Assembly (NCBI GenBank): GCA_036881925.1
Contig: JBAJNJ010000004.1
Location: 216,100 to 280,099 of the forward strand
DNA from: Desulfobacter sp.
GTDB lineage: Bacteria; Desulfobacterota; Desulfobacteria; Desulfobacterales; Desulfobacteraceae
DNA: 64,000 bases
Direction of reading: 5' to 3'
The notes below the pieces were generated by a model. The model saw nothing but the letters and a program-made list of their open reading frames with translations, ran no database searches and had not been told where the DNA came from. Of the stretch, positions 25,470-36,235 are shown in pieces; the stretch's first letter is position 1, and each line of letters starts with the position of its first letter. A program made the position numbers and the translations under genes.

Positions 25470-28468
25470 ATCATCTCTCCAAAGGTCTTGTTGAATGCCG
25501 CATCAAGGGATGTCACGGACAGGTCCACCAGTGGGGTGCCGCCACTGGAAACGGTCAGCCGGTCATGGGCGTCGGTAACCGAACCCACGCAGGCACAGGG
25601 CAGGCCCTTGCACAGTTTTTCAAAGGTTTCCCTGTTGTCAGGGGCAACGGTCAGGATGAACCGGCCCGCAGATTCGCTGAAAAGTACTTTGTCCGGCGAC
25701 AGTCCGCCGCGTCCCTTTACCGGGACAGCAGACAGATCAATCTCCGCTCCCAAACCGCTGGCCATGGCCGTCAATGCCAGGTGAACCCCGAGTCCGCCCC
25801 TGGCAACGGCATGGCAGGAGGCGACCAGTTCCTTGTCAATGGCCTTTTCCAGGGCTTTATAAACGATTTTGAAGCCGGAAAAATCAACCCCGGGTACGTT
25901 GAGGCCGGTCTTGCCGAACATTTCGTAATATTCCGACGCGCCCAGCTCGTCAGCGGTATCTCCCATCACATACACCAGGTCTCCGCTGATTTTGGGCTCA
26001 AGGGTGACGCATTTGGCCACATCGTCAAGCACGGACGTGGCGGAAAACTGGACGGTCTCCAAGGCGGAAACCTTGGTCCGTTCGCCAAAGGCCCCTTCCA
26101 GATGGCCGTCCACATACATGGAGTCTTTTCCGGAGAGCAACGGAATTTCATAGGCCATACAGGCATCCTTAAGCGCCCTGCAGGCCCGGACCAGCTGCGC
26201 GGCCTTGAATTTACCGTCCGGGTTGGCTATTTCGTCAAATCCGATGTTGGGCCAGCAAAAGTTGTCCAGACCGCCGATATGGTCAAATGATCCACCCACG
26301 GCAATGAGCCGCCGCACCGCTTCGTCAATGGTGCAGGTCATCATGTGATAGGCGTCGATTTTAGAGTACCAGGGCAAAAGGCTCTGGGAAAATGCCAGCC
26401 CCTTCTCGCTGGTCAGCACCGGACGGGTCACAGAGGCGTCGGACGGGATGTTGCGGTTCACGCCCACCAGGGGTTTGATTGCTGAGCCGCCCTGGACCTC
26501 ATGGTCATACTGGCGGATAATCCATTCCTTGGAACAGATATTGGGCCGTGCCAGCATGGCCTCCAGAATTCCGTTGAAATCCTGTGGAACGGAAATCACA
26601 GGTTCTGTCAGGCCCCGGGATTCCGGGGCAAGCCATTGGGCGTCAAATTCCCAGGCCGGGAACCCCTTGTCCAGCAAATCCATGTCCACATACGCGCAGG
26701 TATCGTCCTTGTACTTGATATGAAGCTTGCCCGTATCCGTATATTGGCCGATCACCGTGGATTCCACCTCGTGCAGGGCGGAGAGTTCCATGAACCGCTC
26801 CAGGTTCTCGGGCTTCACCGCGATGGTCATCCGCTCCTGGGATTCTGAAATCCAGATTTCCCACATGTCCAGCCCCTCGTACTTAAGGGGTACACGATCC
26901 AGCCAGACTTCACATCCATTGGAAAGCATGGCCGATTCCCCAACGGACGACGAAAGGCCCCCGCCGCCGTTATCCGTAATAAATGTGGTCAGTCCTTCAT
27001 CCCGGCACACCAGGAGGAAATCGTGCATCTTTTTCTGGGTATATGGATCCCCGATCTGGACATGGCCGGCCGGGGTATTTTCCGAATAACTTTCCGAAGA
27101 GGCGGTCACGCCATGGATACCGTCTTTACCGACCCGGCCGCCGCTCATGATAATCAGCTCGCCCGGCGAAGTGGTTTTCTCGTGGCTGGGCCGGCCTGCC
27201 ACGGTTTTGGGCATAATCCCCAGGGCCGTCACAAAAACCAGGCTTTTTCCCATGTAACCGGGGTCAAACAGGGTCTGCCCGAATGTGGTGGGAACCCCGC
27301 TTTTGTTTCCCCCGTCCTTGACGCCTTCAATTACCCCGTCCAGAAGACGACGCGGATGCAGGGGCGGTTTAAGGGGACCGTCATAATTCACATCCCCCAC
27401 ACAATATCCAAAGGATCCCATGAACAATTTGGAGCCAAGCCCGGTTCCCATGGGGTCCCGGTAAACACCGACAATACCGGTGATCGCCCCGCCGTAGGCT
27501 TCCATATTTGAGGGGGAATTGTGGGTTTCACCGGTGACCACGTAGTTGTTTTCATTGTCAAAAGACCCGACGCCGGCATTGTCCCAGAGTACGGAAACCA
27601 CCCAGTCCTTTTGCTCCTTTAACGCAAGGGTGGGGTCTTTGATATAGGTGGTGAACAGGGAGTTCTCTTCTACGGCCTCACCGGTATCAGCATCCGTATA
27701 CCGGAAAATCCCGTTGAATGTATTGTGGCTGCAATGGTCGCTCCTGGCCTGGGAAATATACTCCAGTTCCACGTCCGTGGGTTTGCTCAGCCCCACCTCT
27801 TTCCGGTCGGCCAGCACCCGCTCGTCCAGGAAATATTCCCGGATCACGGGGATGTCCCGGGGGTTCAGTGCCAGGTTCCGCGCGTCTGAAATCCGGGCCA
27901 GCATCTCATCCGTGTCAATATCCACGGTATCACAGCAGGGCTCATGATTCAGGATGACCTTGGCCGGCTTAACGCCCGCACCGGCAACGCTGTCCCATTC
28001 ACCCCTGTGAAAAACTTTAAACTGCTGGATAATGGCATTGGAAAGGATCTCGGCCGCGATTTTTTCCACATCCTCCCGTATAAGGGCTTTGCCTGTCAGA
28101 CAATAGCGCTTTGAGGTGTAAACCCCTTCGTCATGGGAAAAGGTTTTGCCCAGCACATCCCGGATGGCTTCCATGGCCGTGGCCCCGGCATTATCCCGGA
28201 CTCCCGGACGGAACCCGATCCAGATACACCAGTCAAAATCGATATCCAGAGGCGACAGGGCAGAGACCTGGGTCACGGGATTGGTGAAGATCTCGTTTCT
28301 GGCCCGCTCCAGACCTTCCGGATCCAGATCGGACTCAAGGGTCACGATATGGATACACCTGGCCGTATCAATTGAGATTCCAAAATAGGAATCCGCTTTT
28401 TTGATCAATGCAGAGGCCTCTGCATCCCTCAGGTCCTGTTTTAATGCAATTTCAATATTGGAAATCAT
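25466..28468 (-). CDS. purL: phosphoribosylformylglycinamidine synthase (large PurL with N-terminal PurS-like region)
   Basis: About 1000 aa. AIR-synthase-related repeats ('ETHNSPS', 'DPMGTG', 'TDNGGGGLSS'). Start chosen at 'MISNIEIAL', 1 nt after the rseP stop. Confidence 0.92.
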   Translation of the reverse strand: MISNIEIALKQDLRDAEASALIKKADSYFGISIDTARCIHIVTLESDLDPEGLERARNEIFTNPVTQVSALSPLDIDFDWCIWIGFRPGVRDNAGATAMEAIRDVLGKTFSHDEGVYTSKRYCLTGKALIREDVEKIAAEILSNAIIQQFKVFHRGEWDSVAGAGVKPAKVILNHEPCCDTVDIDTDEMLARISDARNLALNPRDIPVIREYFLDERVLADRKEVGLSKPTDVELEYISQARSDHCSHNTFNGIFRYTDADTGEAVEENSLFTTYIKDPTLALKEQKDWVVSVLWDNAGVGSFDNENNYVVTGETHNSPSNMEAYGGAITGIVGVYRDPMGTGLGSKLFMGSFGYCVGDVNYDGPLKPPLHPRRLLDGVIEGVKDGGNKSGVPTTFGQTLFDPGYMGKSLVFVTALGIMPKTVAGRPSHEKTTSPGELIIMSGGRVGKDGIHGVTASSESYSENTPAGHVQIGDPYTQKKMHDFLLVCRDEGLTTFITDNGGGGLSSSVGESAMLSNGCEVWLDRVPLKYEGLDMWEIWISESQERMTIAVKPENLERFMELSALHEVESTVIGQYTDTGKLHIKYKDDTCAYVDMDLLDKGFPAWEFDAQWLAPESRGLTEPVISVPQDFNGILEAMLARPNICSKEWIIRQYDHEVQGGSAIKPLVGVNRNIPSDASVTRPVLTSEKGLAFSQSLLPWYSKIDAYHMMTCTIDEAVRRLIAVGGSFDHIGGLDNFCWPNIGFDEIANPDGKFKAAQLVRACRALKDACMAYEIPLLSGKDSMYVDGHLEGAFGERTKVSALETVQFSATSVLDDVAKCVTLEPKISGDLVYVMGDTADELGASEYYEMFGKTGLNVPGVDFSGFKIVYKALEKAIDKELVASCHAVARGGLGVHLALTAMASGLGAEIDLSAVPVKGRGGLSPDKVLFSESAGRFILTVAPDNRETFEKLCKGLPCACVGSVTDAHDRLTVSSGGTPLVDLSVTSLDAAFNKTFGEMI

Positions 28469-28469
28469 T

Positions 28470-29546
28470 TTACCCACCATTGAAGAAAAGTTTGGCAATG
28501 TCATTGTAAATGACAAAAATCATTAATGTCACAAGCACTGCCGCGCCAAACTGGATCAGCTTTTCACGCAGCTTTTGGCTCACAGGTTTCCTGATAACGG
28601 CTTCAATGCCGAAAAAAAGCAGGTGACCACCATCCAGAACCGGAATGGGAAGAAGATTGATGATCCCCAGGTTAATGGAAAGCAGTGCGATAAATCCGAT
28701 AAAATTATCTAAACCGGCCCTGGCTGTTTCCCCTGCAACTTTTGCGATAACCAGGGGCCCGCCGAGGTTTTCTTTGGCAAAAGAAAAGTCAAGCATCTTG
28801 CCCAGGGCCTTGAAAGTGGTTTGCGTGACAATCCAGGTGTTTTCCAGTGATGTTCCCAGTGCCTGCAACAATGTCAGCCGCTTATGGACATACCCCCCCT
28901 CGGATTCGATGCCCAGAAGATACCTGGGATCCCCAAAAAGATCTTTTTGCTCGCTCAACCGGGGAGCCAACGTAAATTCCAGCATCTCTTTTCCGCGTTC
29001 TGCAACCAGAACAAGCGTGTTCCCACCGGATTTACCCACCAGCCTCTGGACATCTTCAAAAGAATCAATACGATTTCCGTTGATTTCCCGGATCACATCG
29101 CCTGCCATGATGCCTGCCGCTTCAGCAGGAGCATTTTCAGCAACTTTCCCCACGATCGGCTTCAGCGTGTAGGTGCCGGCGATCATATAGAACATGAAAT
29201 AAATCAGAATCGCCAAAAGGAAATTAAATGCCGGTCCGGCGGCAACGATAAGGCTCTTCCGAAATAAGCTTTTATGGGTAAAAGAACGGTCCATATCCTC
29301 AGGAGGGATCTCCCTGCCAGGTTCTTCCCCGACCATCTTCACATACCCGCCCAGAGGGATTGCGGAAATACAATACTCGGTTTGTCCATACTTTTTTTTG
29401 AGGATTTTAGGTCCAAATCCTAAAGAGAAGACATCAACCCCAACACCGCACAACCGTGCGACAAGGAAATGCCCCAGTTCATGGACAAAAACAAGCACAC
29501 CAATGGTTACAACAAATGCAACCGCATATTCAATGGTTTGAACCAT
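28470..29546 (-). CDS. rseP: RIP metalloprotease RseP (site-2 protease)
   Basis: 'HELGHFLVAR' is the HExxH motif. A PDZ domain is present, and 'NLLPIPVLDGGHL' is the LDG motif. Confidence 0.92.
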   Translation of the reverse strand: MVQTIEYAVAFVVTIGVLVFVHELGHFLVARLCGVGVDVFSLGFGPKILKKKYGQTEYCISAIPLGGYVKMVGEEPGREIPPEDMDRSFTHKSLFRKSLIVAAGPAFNFLLAILIYFMFYMIAGTYTLKPIVGKVAENAPAEAAGIMAGDVIREINGNRIDSFEDVQRLVGKSGGNTLVLVAERGKEMLEFTLAPRLSEQKDLFGDPRYLLGIESEGGYVHKRLTLLQALGTSLENTWIVTQTTFKALGKMLDFSFAKENLGGPLVIAKVAGETARAGLDNFIGFIALLSINLGIINLLPIPVLDGGHLLFFGIEAVIRKPVSQKLREKLIQFGAAVLVTLMIFVIYNDIAKLFFNGG

Positions 29547-29560
29547 ATGTCCTCGCTAAT

Positions 29561-30709
29561 TTATATCAGAGATTCGGCTGTTTCCCTGGCCCAGTAATCG
29601 GCATCAATAATACCTGAAAGCTCAGGATTGTCAATGCGGGTATGCCGCCCCATGACGCTGGAAATGATGCGGAAAATATCCGGGAATCCAATCTTTTCCT
29701 GCAAAAAGGCAGCAACCGCCACCTCATTTGCCGCATTCATCACCGCCGGCAAAGTTCCTTTTTGTCTGCAGGCTTCAAAGGCAAACTCAAGGGAGGGAAA
29801 TTTTTTCAGGTCAGGGGCCTCAAAGGTCAACGCGCCCAAGGCAGCGAAATCAGGAAATCCAGTGGAAAGCGGCAGCCGGGACGGCAGGGAAAACGCATAG
29901 GCAATGGCTTCCATCATATCCGGCACCCCCATCTGGGCCATCACAGCCCCGTCCCGGAATCCGACCATGGAGTGGATAATGGACTGGGGATGCACCAGCA
30001 CCTCGATCTCTTCATGGGTGAGATCAAACAGCTGGACCGCCTCCACCACTTCCAGCCCCTTGTTCATGAGCGTTGCCGAGTCAATGGTGATTTTGGGTCC
30101 CATATTCCAGGTGGGATGGGCCAGGGCATCTGTCAGGGTAATATCGCCGAACGTCTCAAGCGGCCGGGCCCTGAACGGTCCGCCCGAAGCCGTCAGAAAG
30201 ATCCGTTTAACATCCCGCCGCCGGTTTCCCCGCAAGCATTGGAAAATGGCCGAGTGTTCCGAGTCCACGGGCAGGATCTCCACCCTTTTTTCCCTGGCCT
30301 TTTCCATGACCAGATTTCCGGCCATCACCAGGGTTTCCTTGTTGGCCAGTGCGATCTGTTTGCCGGCCTCGATCGCGGCCAATGCCGGTTTAAGTCCGGC
30401 AGCCCCCACCATGGCCAGCAGCACCATGTCTGCTCCGGCATACTCTGCTGCCGCTACAAACCCTGCTTCTCCCCATAAAATTTCCGGCTTTGCACTGCCG
30501 TTCAGCAGTCTGGAAAGTTCGTCCGCCCTGTCCCGGTCCAGGACGGCGACCAGGCCCGGCTTGAATTCCCTGATCTGGTTTGCCAGCAGGCGGATGTTGT
30601 TCGCACCTGTCAATGCCTTGACCGTAAAGCGGTCGGGATGGAGCCGGACGATTTTCAAGGCGGAGGTGCCGATGGAGCCGGTGGCACCCAGAATGGAAAG
30701 GGATTTCAT
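29561..30709 (-). CDS. dxr: 1-deoxy-D-xylulose-5-phosphate reductoisomerase
   Basis: 'LSILGATGSIGTSAL', 'LANKETLV', 'PVDSEHSAIFQCL' and 'HPTWNMGPKITIDSATLMNKGLE'. Confidence 0.96.
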   Translation of the reverse strand: MKSLSILGATGSIGTSALKIVRLHPDRFTVKALTGANNIRLLANQIREFKPGLVAVLDRDRADELSRLLNGSAKPEILWGEAGFVAAAEYAGADMVLLAMVGAAGLKPALAAIEAGKQIALANKETLVMAGNLVMEKAREKRVEILPVDSEHSAIFQCLRGNRRRDVKRIFLTASGGPFRARPLETFGDITLTDALAHPTWNMGPKITIDSATLMNKGLEVVEAVQLFDLTHEEIEVLVHPQSIIHSMVGFRDGAVMAQMGVPDMMEAIAYAFSLPSRLPLSTGFPDFAALGALTFEAPDLKKFPSLEFAFEACRQKGTLPAVMNAANEVAVAAFLQEKIGFPDIFRIISSVMGRHTRIDNPELSGIIDADYWARETAESLI

Positions 30710-31521
30710 TTAACAAACACCAGAAAAACGTACAGCACAGGGATGGCCAGGAGCAGGCCGTCAATCCGGTCCAGCATGCCGCCGTGGCCCGGAAGTATCC
30801 GGCCCGAATCTTTAACCTGGGTCACCCGTTTCATGGCAGATTCGAACAGGTCCCCGATCTGGCCGGCAATCGCCATCAGCAGTGCACAGGGAATCGTCAG
30901 CAGGGCCAGGGAAAAGTCTGAGAAAAAGAGCATGCAAAAGGCAAACCCGGCGATCACAGAGGCGGCAGCCCCGCCCATGGAGCCTTCAACAGTCTTGTTA
31001 GGGCTGATATTGGGTGCCAGTTTGGTTTTCCCAAAAAACGTACCGGTGTAAAATGCCCCGGTGTCATTGGCAAAACTGACGATGAGCAGCCAGATGATCC
31101 AGAGGGTGCCGCCCTCAAGAGCATGAATAAACACCAGAAGCGCCAGGGAGACCGGGATATAGACCACGCCCAGCACCTGTTTGGAAATCAGGTCAAAAAT
31201 ATGGGGCATTGACGAAAACCGGAACAGCACAAACAGGCAGAGGGTCATGAGGTTCAGGGCCAGAACCAGAAACATGATCTGCCAGGACCCCAGGCAGGCT
31301 CCCATGATCAACACCATGGATATGGTATACGAGATAATTTTAATGGTATGGGATACCGGATCTTCGTCGTTGCCGCAGATAATGCGCAGGTATTCCCGAA
31401 TGGCAAAAATGGCCACCACTGAAACCAGGGCGGCCACAAGAAGGGTAGTACCTTTTAATATGATCCAGAGTACGAGAGGGGCAAGTATTAGAGCGGTGAG
31501 CCATCGTTGGAGGTGTTGCAT
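30706..31521 (-). CDS. cdsA: phosphatidate cytidylyltransferase
   Basis: Polytopic membrane protein with the C-terminal CDS signature 'SAMKRVTQVKDSGRILPGHGGMLDRIDG'. Confidence 0.92.
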   Translation of the reverse strand: MQHLQRWLTALILAPLVLWIILKGTTLLVAALVSVVAIFAIREYLRIICGNDEDPVSHTIKIISYTISMVLIMGACLGSWQIMFLVLALNLMTLCLFVLFRFSSMPHIFDLISKQVLGVVYIPVSLALLVFIHALEGGTLWIIWLLIVSFANDTGAFYTGTFFGKTKLAPNISPNKTVEGSMGGAAASVIAGFAFCMLFFSDFSLALLTIPCALLMAIAGQIGDLFESAMKRVTQVKDSGRILPGHGGMLDRIDGLLLAIPVLYVFLVFVK

Positions 31522-32279
31522 TTTACCTTCCCGAACCGTCGGTCCCTTTGCTGAAAATCAATTAATATTTTATGGAATTCTTCCCGTGAAAAATCAGGCC
31601 AGAGCGTCCGGGTGATGTGGAGCTCCGCATATGCGGCCTGCCACATGAGAAAGTTGCTGAGCCGGAACTCCCCGCTGGTCCGGATAATCAGGTCCGGATC
31701 AGGCATGCCCCCGGTATACAGGCAGTCAGAAAAGGTTTCTGCGGTAATATCCCCGGGCTGCAAGGTGCCGGCCTTTACCTGTTCGGCAAGGATTCTGGCG
31801 GCCCGGGTGATCTCTTCCCGGCTGCCGTAACTCAGGGCCAGGTTCAGGCGCATTCCCCGGTTATCCCGGCTCATGGCCATGGTCTGTTCCGCCTCGCGTC
31901 TGACCTCATCGGGCAGTTTCTCAACCTGCCCCAGGATATTGAGCCGGATCTGTTTGGACATGATTTCATCCCGCTCGGATACCAGAAAACGTTTGAGCAG
32001 GGCCATCAGCGCTTTGACTTCAGCTTTGGGGCGGGCCCAATTCTCTGTTGAGAAGGCATAAAGGGTCAGGATGCCGATACCCAGTTCCCCGCAGGCAGCA
32101 ACAATGTCCCGAACGGTTTGCGAGCCCTGCTCATGGCCTTTAACCCGGTTCATCAACCGCTTTTTGGCCCACCGTCCGTTGCCGTCCATGATCATGGCGA
32201 CATGGGCAGGCAGGGCATCCGGGTTACCTCCCAGGGATTCAAAATCAGACTTCAAGGATCTCCTTTTCCTTTGCCGCAT
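31488..32279 (-). CDS. uppS: isoprenyl transferase (undecaprenyl-diphosphate synthase)
   Basis: 'HVAMIMDGNGRWA', 'LTLYAFSTENW' and 'DLIIRTSGEFRLSNFLMWQAAYAEL'. The exact start is uncertain because the ORF overlaps frr. Confidence 0.92.
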   Translation of the reverse strand: MRQRKRRSLKSDFESLGGNPDALPAHVAMIMDGNGRWAKKRLMNRVKGHEQGSQTVRDIVAACGELGIGILTLYAFSTENWARPKAEVKALMALLKRFLVSERDEIMSKQIRLNILGQVEKLPDEVRREAEQTMAMSRDNRGMRLNLALSYGSREEITRAARILAEQVKAGTLQPGDITAETFSDCLYTGGMPDPDLIIRTSGEFRLSNFLMWQAAYAELHITRTLWPDFSREEFHKILIDFQQRDRRFGKVKCNTSNDGSPL

Positions 32280-32802
32280 AGATCTCGTCTAGTTTTTTAA
32301 CGTACTGGTCTGTGAGATCCTGAATCTGTTTCTGGGCTTTGAAGCTGTCGTCTTCGGAAACATCCCCGTCTTTCTGGAGTTCCTTGATCATTTCATTGGA
32401 ATCCCGGCGGATATTCCGGACCGCCACCTTGAAATCCTCACAGGTTTTGGCAACGGTTTTGGCGATTTCTTTTCTCCGCTCTTCGGTCAGGGGCGGAATG
32501 GCGATACGGATCAGCTTGCCGTCATTTGAAGGGGTCAGCCCCAGGTTGGCCTTGAGGATGGCTTTTTCCACCTCGCCGATCACACTGACGTCCCAGGGTT
32601 TTACCGTGATCAACCGGCTTTCCGGGATTGATACCGTTGCCATCTGGGGAAGTGGAGTCTGGGTGCCGTAATAATCGACCTTGACACCGTCAAGTATGGC
32701 CTGGGAAGCCCTGCCGGTACGAACCTTGGTCAGTTCGTGTTCAAAGGCTTTCTCAGACTTGCCCATCCGTTCTTTGGTTTCTTCGAGCACTTCATCAATC
32801 AT
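32245..32802 (-). CDS. frr: ribosome recycling factor
   Basis: 185 aa. 'KVRTGRASQAILDGVKVDYYG', 'IPPLTEERRKE' and 'RNIRRD'. Confidence 0.96.
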   Translation of the reverse strand: MIDEVLEETKERMGKSEKAFEHELTKVRTGRASQAILDGVKVDYYGTQTPLPQMATVSIPESRLITVKPWDVSVIGEVEKAILKANLGLTPSNDGKLIRIAIPPLTEERRKEIAKTVAKTCEDFKVAVRNIRRDSNEMIKELQKDGDVSEDDSFKAQKQIQDLTDQYVKKLDEIYAAKEKEILEV

Positions 32803-32835
32803 AACAACCCATCCTTGAAAAAGATTAACAGCCAG

Positions 32836-32885
32836 CAGCGAGAACAGCTGTCAAGCATCACTTCACAGAGCAGCTGTTCTCGCTG
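32836..32885 (-). other. perfect 15-bp inverted repeat (stem-loop) in the pyrH-frr intercistronic spacer
   Basis: CAGCGAGAACAGCTG (32836-32850) and CAGCTGTTCTCGCTG (32871-32885) with a 20-nt loop. No T-tract follows on the minus strand. Confidence 0.6.
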
Positions 32886-32904
32886 ATAACTGTTGTCCAA
32901 TCAC

Positions 32905-33627
32905 TTATTTATTGTATATCCGGGTACCGATATCTTCGCCGGTGACTGCCTTGAAGATATTGTCAGCCTGGTGAAGGTCAAATACCTGCAGGGGCAGGTC
33001 ATGTTCCATGGCCAGGGAAATGGCGGTCATGTCCATGACATGGAGCTGTTTTTCAATCACCCGCATATATGACAATTCATCAAACATCACGGCGTCGTCA
33101 TGCACCACGGGATCCTTGTCATACACCCCGTCCACCTGGGTGGCTTTGAACAGGATCTGTGCACGAACTTCGTTGGCCCGGAGCACGGCTGCCGTATCTG
33201 TCGTAAAGTAGGGGTTGCCCGTACCGGCCGCAAAAATCACCACCCTGCCCTTTTCCAGATGGCGTATGGCTTTCCTGCGGATAAAGGGTTCGGCGATCTT
33301 GTCCATGGCAATTGCGGTCTGGACCCGGGTGGGCACATCGCATTTTTCCAGAGCATCGCACAATGCCAGGCTGTTGATCACCGTGGCCAGCATGCCCATG
33401 TTGTCTGCGGATGTTCTGTCCATACCGGCGGATGAGCCGGCAACACCCCGGAAGATGTTGCCGCCGCCCACGACAATTGAAATTTCCACCCCCAGGCGAT
33501 ACACCTTGGCCACTTCTTCCGCCACATAGTGAATCATCTCCGGGGTGATGCCGAAGCCCTGATTTCCCATCAGGGCTTCGCCGCTCAGCTTGATTAGAAC
33601 CCGTTGAAACTCAGGTTTTTTATCCAA
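32905..33627 (-). CDS. pyrH: UMP kinase
   Basis: '[11 protein letters not shown]', '[10 protein letters not shown]' and '[13 protein letters not shown]'. Confidence 0.96.
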   Translation of the reverse strand: MDKKPEFQRVLIKLSGEALMGNQGFGITPEMIHYVAEEVAKVYRLGVEISIVVGGGNIFRGVAGSSAGMDRTSADNMGMLATVINSLALCDALEKCDVPTRVQTAIAMDKIAEPFIRRKAIRHLEKGRVVIFAAGTGNPYFTTDTAAVLRANEVRAQILFKATQVDGVYDKDPVVHDDAVMFDELSYMRVIEKQLHVMDMTAISLAMEHDLPLQVFDLHQADNIFKAVTGEDIGTRIYNK

Positions 33628-33630
33628 GAC

Positions 33631-34227
33631 TTATTCTCCTATCTGGAAACGTGCAAATCTTCTAATCTGAATATTCTCGCCGATTTTGCCGATTGTTTCT
33701 TTCAGGACATCTTCTATGGTTTTCTGGGGATCTTTGACATACTGCTGGCTCATGAGGCAGACTTCCTTGTAGAATTTTTCCACCTTGCCGTCCACGATCT
33801 TGTCAATGATGTTTTCGGGTTTACCTTCTTCCAGCATCTGGGCCCGGTAAATTTCCCGTTCTTTTTCAACCAGTGCCGGATCCACTTCATCGGCGGTCAG
33901 GCCGGCGGGATTTGCCGCGGCAATATGCATGGCAATATTTTTGGCAAACGCTTCAAAATCTTCGGTTTTTGCCACAAAGTCAGACTCGCAGTTGACTTCC
34001 AGAAGAACGCCGAGCTTGGCACCGGTGTGGATATAGGAATAGATAATCCCTTCACTGGTGGAACGGCCGGCACGCTTGGCGGCCTTGGCCAGCCCCTTCT
34101 TTCTCAGAAGCTCAATTGCTTTTTCCATGTTGCCGTCGGCTTCGGCAAGGACCCGTTTACAGTCCATAATGCCGGAGCCGGTCGCCTCACGAAGCTCCTT
34201 TACCATTGCTGCAGTAATTTCAGCCAT
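33631..34227 (-). CDS. tsf: translation elongation factor Ts (short form)
   Basis: 'ITAAMVKELREATGSGIMDCKRVLAEADGNMEKAIELLRKKG' is the UBA-like N-terminus. Confidence 0.96.
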   Translation of the reverse strand: MAEITAAMVKELREATGSGIMDCKRVLAEADGNMEKAIELLRKKGLAKAAKRAGRSTSEGIIYSYIHTGAKLGVLLEVNCESDFVAKTEDFEAFAKNIAMHIAAANPAGLTADEVDPALVEKEREIYRAQMLEEGKPENIIDKIVDGKVEKFYKEVCLMSQQYVKDPQKTIEDVLKETIGKIGENIQIRRFARFQIGE

Positions 34228-34310
34228 TTTATTCTGCTCCTTAATATACTTTCGATTATTTAAGTCTATTGCATCACTGCGCCGGCATGTTGCCGTAAAA
34301 CCGCAGTTGT

Positions 34311-35183
34311 TTATTCAGCTACGGCAGTGTCAGCCTGTTCCGGTTTCTCTTCGGGTGCGGCGGTCTTTCTTTTGATTTTCTCAACAACCGGACCGTCTGT
34401 ACCGTCGGAAACCACTTCAATACCGACTTGCTCACCAACAGGTTCATTTCCTTTTCTATCACCGTCGTCTTTGTCGGATTCCGCACGTTGTTTTTCTTCC
34501 CAGATCTGGCGGCCTTCGATAACGGCATCAGCAACCCTGGACGCGAACAGACGGATGGACCGGATGGCGTCATCATTGCCCGGGATCACGTAATCGATAT
34601 CATCGGGGTCGCAATTGGTATCAACAACCGCCACAATTGGAATACCCAGGCGTTTCGCCTCTTTCACGGCAATGGTCTCATTTTTGGAGTCAATGATGAA
34701 CAAAGCGCCGGGCAGGCGTTTCATATTGGAGATACCGCCGATGGCAAATTCAAGTTTGGCTTTGTCCTTGAGCATCTTGGCCTGCTCTTTTTTGGGATAG
34801 TTCTCAAGGGTACCGTCGTTTTCAATGGAATTGAGGAAATGATACCGGGAGATATTATTCTTGATGGTCTGGAAGTTGGTCAGCATGCCGCCCAGCCATC
34901 TGTTTTCCACGTAAAAGGTTTCAGCCCTGTTGGCCTCTTCGTAAATCGCTTCGGAAGCCTGTTTTTTGGTACCCACGAACAGAACGTCCTGGCCGTTCGC
35001 AGCAACGCTTTTGATAAAATCATGCGCATCCCTGAACAGTTTGACGGTCTGCTGAAGGTCAATGATGTAAATCCCGTTTCTGGCACCAAAGATATACTTT
35101 TTCATCTTGGGGTTCCAGCGTTTGGTCTGATGCCCGAAGTGGACACCTGCTTCCAGAAGTTCTCTGATGGTAATGTAAGCCAT
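34311..35183 (-). CDS. rpsB: 30S ribosomal protein S2 (with an acidic C-terminal extension)
   Basis: '[19 protein letters not shown]' and '[24 protein letters not shown]'. About 50 extra C-terminal residues. Confidence 0.96.
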   Translation of the reverse strand: MAYITIRELLEAGVHFGHQTKRWNPKMKKYIFGARNGIYIIDLQQTVKLFRDAHDFIKSVAANGQDVLFVGTKKQASEAIYEEANRAETFYVENRWLGGMLTNFQTIKNNISRYHFLNSIENDGTLENYPKKEQAKMLKDKAKLEFAIGGISNMKRLPGALFIIDSKNETIAVKEAKRLGIPIVAVVDTNCDPDDIDYVIPGNDDAIRSIRLFASRVADAVIEGRQIWEEKQRAESDKDDGDRKGNEPVGEQVGIEVVSDGTDGPVVEKIKRKTAAPEEKPEQADTAVAE

Positions 35184-35343
35184 TTTTTCTCCGAAATTTA
35201 ATGGTTTTTAAATTCTTCCACCCACTTCATCCCTGAAGATCGACTTTAATAAAAGCACCTGATTTCAGGTCCATGGATGTGCGTTATTTGCGTACAAAAG
35301 CAAAATCCAAATTTATATATCAAAAAAAAGGGGGGTTATCAAT

Positions 35344-36213
35344 TCATTTTTTAAGGACGGCAAGACGGTCATGCCCTGCAAGATCCTTGATAAACTGGAG
35401 ATCGGAAACCCAGTCACATCCTTCCGCAATCGCGGTTACCCCCTCTTTCTGATCAAATCCCATTTCAAGCATGAGCCGGCCGCCGGAATTAAGGCGGCTG
35501 CCGGCCTGCCGGATGATATGCCGGATGGCATCCAGCCCGTCAGCTCCACCGTCCAGAGCCAGGGTTGGTTCATAATCCCTGATTTCCGGCGCCAGGGCAT
35601 CAATGTCCGCCCCGGGAATATACGGCGGATTGGAAAGGATCAGATCAAACCCGGCGCCAGGCACCACCGCATCCAGCCACTCGCCCTGAAAAAAACGAAT
35701 CCGCGTATCTGCCAGTTCCACGGCATTTTCCCGGGCCGTTTCCAGAGGCGCAGCCGAGATATCCGAGGCAAAATAAGAATGTCCGGGACAGGCTTTTGCC
35801 ACGGAAACCACAACAGCACCCGATCCCACACCAAGCTCAATCACCCTGGCGGAACGCTCTTCCTGCGCAAGCTCATTGAGCTGCGAAATAGCTGTTTCCA
35901 CAAGAACTTCCGTATCCGGCCGGGGGATCAGCACCCCGGGCACTACTTTGAAAACCGCCTCAAAGAACCCTTTTTTTCCAGTGATGTATGCCACGGGTTC
36001 GCGGCCGACCCGGCGTTTGATCAGGGGTTTAAACTTCACCAGCTCATGAATTTCAAGGGGCCGGTCGTGCTGGAGATAAAGATCCAGACGCCGCATGCCC
36101 AGGCTTTCGGAAAGAAGAATTTCTGCCGTCAGCCGCGGGCTGTCAATCCCGTGATTTTCAAAATAGGATTCCGTCCAGTTCAGGAGGGATTTAATGGTCC
36201 AGTCGGCAGTCAC
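35344..36213 (-). CDS. prmC: peptide chain release factor N5-glutamine methyltransferase
   Basis: 'ELGVGSGAV' is the SAM motif and 'LSNPPYIP' is the catalytic NPPY. The gene lies directly downstream of prfA. Confidence 0.9.
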   Translation of the reverse strand: MTADWTIKSLLNWTESYFENHGIDSPRLTAEILLSESLGMRRLDLYLQHDRPLEIHELVKFKPLIKRRVGREPVAYITGKKGFFEAVFKVVPGVLIPRPDTEVLVETAISQLNELAQEERSARVIELGVGSGAVVVSVAKACPGHSYFASDISAAPLETARENAVELADTRIRFFQGEWLDAVVPGAGFDLILSNPPYIPGADIDALAPEIRDYEPTLALDGGADGLDAIRHIIRQAGSRLNSGGRLMLEMGFDQKEGVTAIAEGCDWVSDLQFIKDLAGHDRLAVLKK

Positions 36214-36235
36214 GGGTCAGGTCACCATACGGGGC

